This document shows positions 58,498 to 64,000 of a stretch of 64,000 nucleotides of DNA, piece after piece (position 1 is the stretch's first letter; each line of letters starts with the position of its first letter). Made by a program: the position numbers and the translations under genes. Below the pieces are notes generated by a model that worked only from the letters and a program-made list of their open reading frames with translations, ran no database searches and was not told the DNA's origin. Source of the DNA: Candidatus Bathyarchaeota archaeon (GTDB lineage: Archaea; Thermoproteota; Bathyarchaeia; Bathyarchaeales; Bathycorpusculaceae); the NCBI GenBank assembly GCA_963826715.1, contig CAWGYA010000008.1, positions 256,001 to 320,000 of the forward strand. The letters are read 5' to 3'.

Positions 58498-59808
58498 ATG
58501 AGTTTTCTGCGTAAACCCAAAATTCCTTCGGGGCGCTTCACCTACCGCGGAGAAGAAAAGTACGCAGGTATGTCGTTACAACTGCGCGTAGAACAAAACG
58601 GACAGGGTGTCATGGTCATAAACGCCAACACCGTCTTACACTTAAACCAAACCGCCACTGCCTACGCATACTACTTCATGTTAGGACTATCACAAATCGA
58701 GGTTTTAGGCAAAATCCACCGCATGTACCGGGTCAAAGTAGAGGATGCCAAAGCAGACTATGAGCGACTCGTTTACGCTATAAGCACTTTAGCACAAACA
58801 GAGAAAATCGACCCTGTCACTTTTCTTTCCATAGAGAAAGAGGAGCCCTTCTCATATCAATATTCAGCACCATTACGAATGGATATGGCATTAACGTTCC
58901 GCTGCCAAAACGACTGTGTACACTGTTACGCAGGAGGACCACATGAAAGCCCCGAGCTTAATACAACACAGTGGAAAACCGTCATTGATAAACTCAGCGA
59001 TATAGGCGTCTTTATTTTAACTTTTACAGGTGGCGAACCTACTCTTCGCACAGACCTCCCCGAACTCTTGCTTTATGCTCAAAACAAAGGCATGGTAACA
59101 GGACTTATCAGTAATGGTCGAAAACTCAAAGACAAAGCCTACGTAGAAGAGTTGGAAAAAGCAGGATTGGATTTTGTTCAAATCACCATAGAATCTCAAA
59201 AACCCGATGTTCATGATGCAATGACTGGAGCCGTGGGCAGTTGGATGGAAACTTTAGCAGGAATAAGGAACGCCGTGCAATCGCAGATTTTCGTTTCAAC
59301 TAACACTACTCTTAGCAAACACAACGCTGCCGACTTTCTAATCACCGTGGACTTCATCAAGAGCTTAGGTGTGGACGCCTTCGGCTGCAATAGCCTGATA
59401 TATAGCGGCAAAGCACTCATGGCAGGAGAAGAATTTGCACTATCAATTGATGAACTCAAAGCGTTACTGCCTTTGGTTCGCAACAAAGCACAACTGGTGG
59501 GGCTCAAGTTCCTTTGGTATACACCCACCCAATACTGCCAGCTCGATCCCGTTTCAATGGGGGTCGGAGTGAAAACCTGCACTGCGGCTATGATAAATGC
59601 CTGTGTCGGTCCCAACGGCGACATATACCCATGCCAAAGCTACTTTGAAAGCCTCGGCAATATTCTCACTGATTCCTGGGGCAAAATCTGGCATAGCCCC
59701 TTAGCTGAAAAGTTAAGGAATAGAGAATTCATAGAGGAAAAATGCAAAAACTGCGGGGAACTGTCGGTTTGCGGTGGAGGATGCCCCTTGGAGCTGCAGA
59801 ACAAATAA
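58498..59808 (+). CDS. Radical SAM/SPASM protein with N-terminal PqqD/RRE-like domain
   Basis: LHLNQTA RRE-like motif; CQNDCVHCY; TGGEP; SPASM C...GDIYPC...CKNC....CGGGC. Confidence 0.9.
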   Translation: MSFLRKPKIPSGRFTYRGEEKYAGMSLQLRVEQNGQGVMVINANTVLHLNQTATAYAYYFMLGLSQIEVLGKIHRMYRVKVEDAKADYERLVYAISTLAQTEKIDPVTFLSIEKEEPFSYQYSAPLRMDMALTFRCQNDCVHCYAGGPHESPELNTTQWKTVIDKLSDIGVFILTFTGGEPTLRTDLPELLLYAQNKGMVTGLISNGRKLKDKAYVEELEKAGLDFVQITIESQKPDVHDAMTGAVGSWMETLAGIRNAVQSQIFVSTNTTLSKHNAADFLITVDFIKSLGVDAFGCNSLIYSGKALMAGEEFALSIDELKALLPLVRNKAQLVGLKFLWYTPTQYCQLDPVSMGVGVKTCTAAMINACVGPNGDIYPCQSYFESLGNILTDSWGKIWHSPLAEKLRNREFIEEKCKNCGELSVCGGGCPLELQNK

Positions 59809-59902
59809 AGTGACATCCCGTATTTTTAGGGCATTATTTATCTTTAACCAATCCAACATTCTGTGATGAAACACACGATTCCATTTTTGCAGGTTTAGAG
59901 AT

Positions 59903-61138
59903 ATGGCTCAAACAGAAAAGCCAAGGTTGGTTGTATTCGATGTAGAGGGAGTGCTGATTCCCAAAAATCGCTTTCTCTTCGAAGTCGGCAAAACTTTGGG
60001 GCTTCTCCAACTGATTAAGCTTTTTTTCTTTGGTTTTCTCTACGAAGCAGGTATTCTTAAACTGGAGCCGGCGCTCAAACATATCTTTGCAGGGTTACAA
60101 TGCTTAGAACTTAATGTGATGTTGGAAATTTTCGACAAAATACCCGCCACACCTTACTTGCAAAGTCTTTGTGCTCAACTTAAAGCCCGAAACTGCAAAG
60201 TCGCTATTATTAGCTCAGGTATCCCAACAATCGCCATTGAGAAGCTATCTCTAACACTTTGCGCCGATTACGCATACGGAATAGATGTCGGCGTTAAAGA
60301 TGGTCGGTTAACCGGCGAGATCGGAGGTGACGCCATCACAGGGAACGGGAAACTAAAAATTCTGCGTGAAATTCTCAGAAAAGAAGATCTCACACCAAAA
60401 GATTGTATAATAGTGGCGGATGATCGAAACAACCGATGCATCTTTCTACCTCAGATGCTCAAAATCGGATTCAACCCCGATTTTATCATCCGGGTTAAAG
60501 CAGACAGGGTTGTAAATGGAAAATTGTCATCGATTCTACCAATCATTGATGGCAAAAAACATCAGTACAGCTTCCCGACGGTAAACGATTTCATACGCGA
60601 AGACATCCATGCCGCGGGCTTTTTTATGCCTGTCATAGCTGGGTTAGTAGGAGTTCCGTTGGTTGCATCGCTAATCATTTTCATTGCCATTCTCTACACA
60701 GCCTCTGAACTTTCCCGCTTAGAAGGACGTCACTTGCCAGTCATTTCTTCCATAACGCGTCATGCCGCCTCACAATCAGAACTATATGGATTCGCCGCTG
60801 CACCACTGTATTTCGCCATCGGAATAGCAGCAACTTTACTACTATTCCCCGGCAATGTGGGCGGCGCAGCAATAGCCATGTTCTGCTTGGGCGACAGCGC
60901 AGCTTCGCTCTTCGGTGGTTTATTCACTACTTCATTGCCCTTTAACAAGGGAAAAACTATAGAGGGCACGTTTGCAGGATTCTTCTTTGCTTTTCTAGCA
61001 GGAACCTTCTTTGTTTCACCTATTTACGCCTTGGTTGGCGCCGCAATTGCCATGACCATTGAGGTTCTGCCGCTTCCTATCAATGACAACGTGTTAATTC
61101 CAATTTTCACAGCTTTAGCGTTAACACTAATCATTTAA
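59903..61138 (+). CDS. HAD (SerB-like) domain fused to dolichol/phytol kinase-like membrane domain
   Basis: VVFDVEGVL, ISSG, LTGEI and VADDRNN in the N-terminal half; GDSAASLFG, KGKTIEG and NDNVLIP in the C-terminal half. Confidence 0.8.
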   Translation: MAQTEKPRLVVFDVEGVLIPKNRFLFEVGKTLGLLQLIKLFFFGFLYEAGILKLEPALKHIFAGLQCLELNVMLEIFDKIPATPYLQSLCAQLKARNCKVAIISSGIPTIAIEKLSLTLCADYAYGIDVGVKDGRLTGEIGGDAITGNGKLKILREILRKEDLTPKDCIIVADDRNNRCIFLPQMLKIGFNPDFIIRVKADRVVNGKLSSILPIIDGKKHQYSFPTVNDFIREDIHAAGFFMPVIAGLVGVPLVASLIIFIAILYTASELSRLEGRHLPVISSITRHAASQSELYGFAAAPLYFAIGIAATLLLFPGNVGGAAIAMFCLGDSAASLFGGLFTTSLPFNKGKTIEGTFAGFFFAFLAGTFFVSPIYALVGAAIAMTIEVLPLPINDNVLIPIFTALALTLII

Positions 61139-61227
61139 GGTTTAAAACCATTGTAAAACTATCAACGCCTTGCGTTTTCTAAGTTTCAAAATGTTTTTAG
61201 GATCAAAATCCAATTTGAAATTCAATT

Positions 61228-61482
61228 CTATTTTTTGGTCTGCGACACAATCAAAGCGAGTTTCTGCTGGTGACCAAGTTTTTTTATTGCGCGTTCCCGC
61301 TTCATAGCTGCACTCCGAGTGCCAAAAAGTTCTACATAGGCGATTTTTTGAGGTTTATGGGATTTAGTGTATTTAGCTCCTTTGCCATTATGGTGCTGCC
61401 GCGTACGCTCTTCGAGGTTATTGGTGTATCCAGTATAGAAGCTTCCATCTGTGCACTGTAGAATGTAAACATAAAAAGACAT
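61228..61482 (-). CDS. GIY-YIG nuclease (UPF0213)
   Basis: YVYILQCTDGSFYTGYT, GKGAKYT and ERAIK motifs. Confidence 0.92.
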   Translation of the reverse strand: MSFYVYILQCTDGSFYTGYTNNLEERTRQHHNGKGAKYTKSHKPQKIAYVELFGTRSAAMKRERAIKKLGHQQKLALIVSQTKK

Positions 61483-62169
61483 CTATACTGGTGGCTCCTG
61501 AAAATCAGCTGTTAAGCAATCATAAACAACACCTTTCTGTAATGCTCGCTTAAGGTAAACTTCAGGTTCAATTTCCTGCGTGGAGCCGTGGTCTACGTCG
61601 ATTATGTAAATCGTTTGTATATGGGCACTTCGAATTTCTTCAAGAGTAACTGGAGGTTTTCGGTAGAATGCGTCACAGAGAGCTTTTACTTGCTCAAGTT
61701 CAAGGGCGCTTCTGCAGTTGGGGTCTTTGGCGAAGAGACGGGGAAAAGGCAGAATATAATGCGATGGCACACCCAACGCGAATTTGGTGGCGAAGCTGCT
61801 GTAGCGGACAATTTTGCTTGCTAACCGCGCAGAAGTGTAGGTTAGAGGAGATAATGCATTTTCGGGGGGAATGAATCCTGTTTCGATTTCTACAACAAGA
61901 TTACCTGAGGAGTTGATACCATATAAATCACAGTTTAAAATTTCGTTGAGGGAATACTCCAGCTGGATATCATACCCTTTTTCTATGAGATGCTTTGCGC
62001 ATACAAGTTCCATCACTGAATGGTTAATTTTCACGATGTTTTCCCGTTGCAGTTTGATGAGCCGATCTTTCAGAATATTAAGTTTGTTTTCAACGACGGG
62101 TTCAACCCCACTGGCTAACCTATCTAAAAGAAAAGTAAGATCCCGTTCAAATTTCTGCCGATTACTCAT
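61483..62169 (-). CDS. Hypothetical protein, PD-(D/E)xK-like
   Basis: CDLY...VVEIETG pattern. Confidence 0.65.
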   Translation of the reverse strand: MSNRQKFERDLTFLLDRLASGVEPVVENKLNILKDRLIKLQRENIVKINHSVMELVCAKHLIEKGYDIQLEYSLNEILNCDLYGINSSGNLVVEIETGFIPPENALSPLTYTSARLASKIVRYSSFATKFALGVPSHYILPFPRLFAKDPNCRSALELEQVKALCDAFYRKPPVTLEEIRSAHIQTIYIIDVDHGSTQEIEPEVYLKRALQKGVVYDCLTADFQEPPV

Positions 62170-62317
62170 CTGGATGATTCCTTACACAAACTTTAACGAA
62201 TAAAGTATTTCTACTTTTTCAACTCTGCATTTATAATCCCAAAACATACCGATTTTACTTAATTTAGCTAAATCAGCTTGTTGCCACGTGTAACTTCAAG
62301 GTAGCAAATTTAGCAAG

Positions 62318-62497
62318 TTACACTTGAACAAGAACGAGTCGCGAGTTGGGTACGTCAACTTCAGCAATACTGCAAGAAGAGAATTCTTTAGCTTGCCCCA
62401 AAATATTTTTGACAATAACTTTGCCACCCTCAACTTTGGCGTAAATTACATCTCTAATTTCGGTTTTGCCATTTAGAATTACGTTAAATTCACACAT
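62318..62497 (-). CDS. CooT-family nickel-binding small protein
   Basis: Not in the ORF track. 59 aa, MCEFNVILNGKTEIRDVIYAKVEGGKVIVKNILGQAKEFSSCSIAEVDVPNSRLVLVQV; the N-terminal MCE is typical of CooT. Confidence 0.75.
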   Translation of the reverse strand: MCEFNVILNGKTEIRDVIYAKVEGGKVIVKNILGQAKEFSSCSIAEVDVPNSRLVLVQV

Positions 62498-62673
62498 ATA
62501 AGATCATCAATAGCAAAAACCCAGACTCAGTAATAAGATTTACACAATCAACAAAGAAAAAACCAACCTGGCAACAAGTATTAGTCAGCCACTTAGCAGT
62601 AACCCCACAACCTTATAGAACCACTCAAGAGTGATAGGCTTAAACCAAATTATTTAGGAACACAATTGTTAAT

Positions 62674-63081
62674 CTAAAAAGGTTTCACTTGTAAAACAAG
62701 TAGGTCCATAGTCACCGAAGAAATCTTGATTTCCAATCCCAGATCTCTGTATACAGCACCTGGAACCGCTGGGTATGAACGTGATTGCTCGACATTTTTT
62801 GATAAGTAAAACAGACCTGTTTCGTCCGAAGGATTTAGCCTATAACTAAAAACAAAAGAATCGTTACCACTCTCATACTTAACCGCAATACCATGCACCA
62901 AATTGAGCTGAGAATAACCTGAGTCACTACCGTTATTTTTAAAAATCCCGGTCAACGCTGAACCCTGCCAGACAAGTAAACCCACAATTAAAACTATCAA
63001 AACGACAACTGCAATCCATCCTATTGGTGAGCTTTTACTTTCCCTTAAGGGGGCGGATTCATTAGCTTGAATTCTTTGCAT
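62674..63081 (-). CDS. Membrane-anchored hypothetical protein
   Basis: One N-terminal TM helix, 135 aa. Confidence 0.65.
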   Translation of the reverse strand: MQRIQANESAPLRESKSSPIGWIAVVVLIVLIVGLLVWQGSALTGIFKNNGSDSGYSQLNLVHGIAVKYESGNDSFVFSYRLNPSDETGLFYLSKNVEQSRSYPAVPGAVYRDLGLEIKISSVTMDLLVLQVKPF

Positions 63082-63198
63082 CCCTCATAAAATAGGGTTT
63101 AGAGTTAAAAAAGATGTGTATAAACCAACATATATTATCTGCAAACGACGAGTGAATCTTTTTTAGGTCGGAAATTCACTCAATTAAGTGTTGATTTT

Positions 63199-64000
63199 AT
63201 GAGCTTCGCCAATTTTACAGTTAAATCCCAAGAAGCCATTCAAAAAACCTTGGAGATTGCCTCTTCAAAACAAAACCAAGCTATTGAACCAGTCCATCTT
63301 CTAAAGGCCATGCTTCTAGTAGATGACAATGTAATTCCTTATTTGCTAGGAAAGCTAAACGTAAACTTAGATACACTATCGAGTTCACTTGAGAAATTAA
63401 TTGACTCGTTACCTAAAGTCAGCGGTGGAGAACCCTACTTATCTTCCAATTCTAACAAAGCTCTGAAAAAAGCTCAGGAAATAGCTTCTGAAAGTCAAGA
63501 CAAATTTGTCTCTATAGAACAGATGTTTTTAGCAATCTTAACCGTAAACGATTCAGCTTCTAGAATACTTCAAAGTAGTGGAGTTACAGAAAAGGCACTT
63601 AAGGAAGCAATTAAGCAATTAAGAAAGGGATCAACTGTGAATTCGCAGACTACAGATGAAACTTACAACGCTCTAAACAGGTTTGCAACAAACCTCAACG
63701 ATAGAGCAAGAACAGGAAAACTGGACCCGGTAATCGGCAGAGATGAAGAAATCCGCAGAGTCCTACAAATCCTATCTAGGCGAACAAAAAATAACCCAAT
63801 TCTTATCGGTGAACCTGGCGTCGGCAAAACCGCCATTGCCGAAGGCATAGCTCATCGCATAGTGAACGGCGATGTTCCTGAAAATCTCAAGGAAAAACAA
63901 ATTTATTCATTAGACATGGGTGCCTTGATTGCCGGAGCAAAATATAAAGGCGAATTTGAGGAGCGACTCAAAAGTGTAGTTAAGGAAGTAGCTTCCTCAG
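63199..64000 (+). CDS. clpB: ATP-dependent chaperone ClpB (5' part)
   Basis: Hand translation from ATG 63199: [13 protein letters not shown]...[15 protein letters not shown]...[15 protein letters not shown]...[13 protein letters not shown]; runs off the window. Confidence 0.92.
   Translation, partial: MSFANFTVKSQEAIQKTLEIASSKQNQAIEPVHLLKAMLLVDDNVIPYLLGKLNVNLDTLSSSLEKLIDSLPKVSGGEPYLSSNSNKALKKAQEIASESQDKFVSIEQMFLAILTVNDSASRILQSSGVTEKALKEAIKQLRKGSTVNSQTTDETYNALNRFATNLNDRARTGKLDPVIGRDEEIRRVLQILSRRTKNNPILIGEPGVGKTAIAEGIAHRIVNGDVPENLKEKQIYSLDMGALIAGAKYKGEFEERLKSVVKEVASS

Noticed and set aside
133-63848. Numerous 60-170 aa ORFs antisense to or overlapping long genes
   Set aside because: Shadow ORFs of well-supported genes, with no motifs of their own.

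Overview
Archaeal chromosome window, probably Bathyarchaeia. This is inferred from TFB, LysW, the DKFP-type shikimate entry enzymes and the membrane-anchored 'IPxPxVPEFT' protein, not confirmed by any search. Most of the window is amino-acid biosynthesis. It holds a Phe/Tyr operon headed by its own aspartokinase (1-9859), the aspartate-semialdehyde sulfurtransferase cluster, argG-argH-carA-carB, thrC-hom-lysC, and a lysW-lysX/argX-Y-Z-J-K operon divergent from an Lrp gene. A ~10.06 kb element with a tyrosine integrase lies between 29-bp near-perfect direct repeats in the divergent promoter region between argG and an ACT-domain gene. The four strongest observations are: (1) an unannotated 29-aa Phe/Tyr-rich leader ORF plus a hairpin directly upstream of the aromatic operon, resembling attenuation in an archaeon; (2) an RRE-radical SAM-SPASM gene abutting a membrane protein whose cytoplasmic tail has 10 Cys in 21 residues; (3) a 59-nt promoter/operator cassette shared by the argG and lysW operons; (4) part of that same cassette serves as the element's att site. 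Also present are a TFB with an abrupt synonymous-codon switch, a 1450-aa nuclease-helicase, a 793-bp tandem duplication, a HAD/prenol-kinase-like fusion and the start of clpB. I saw no rRNA, tRNA or CRISPR array. All calls come from reading motifs; no searches were run.
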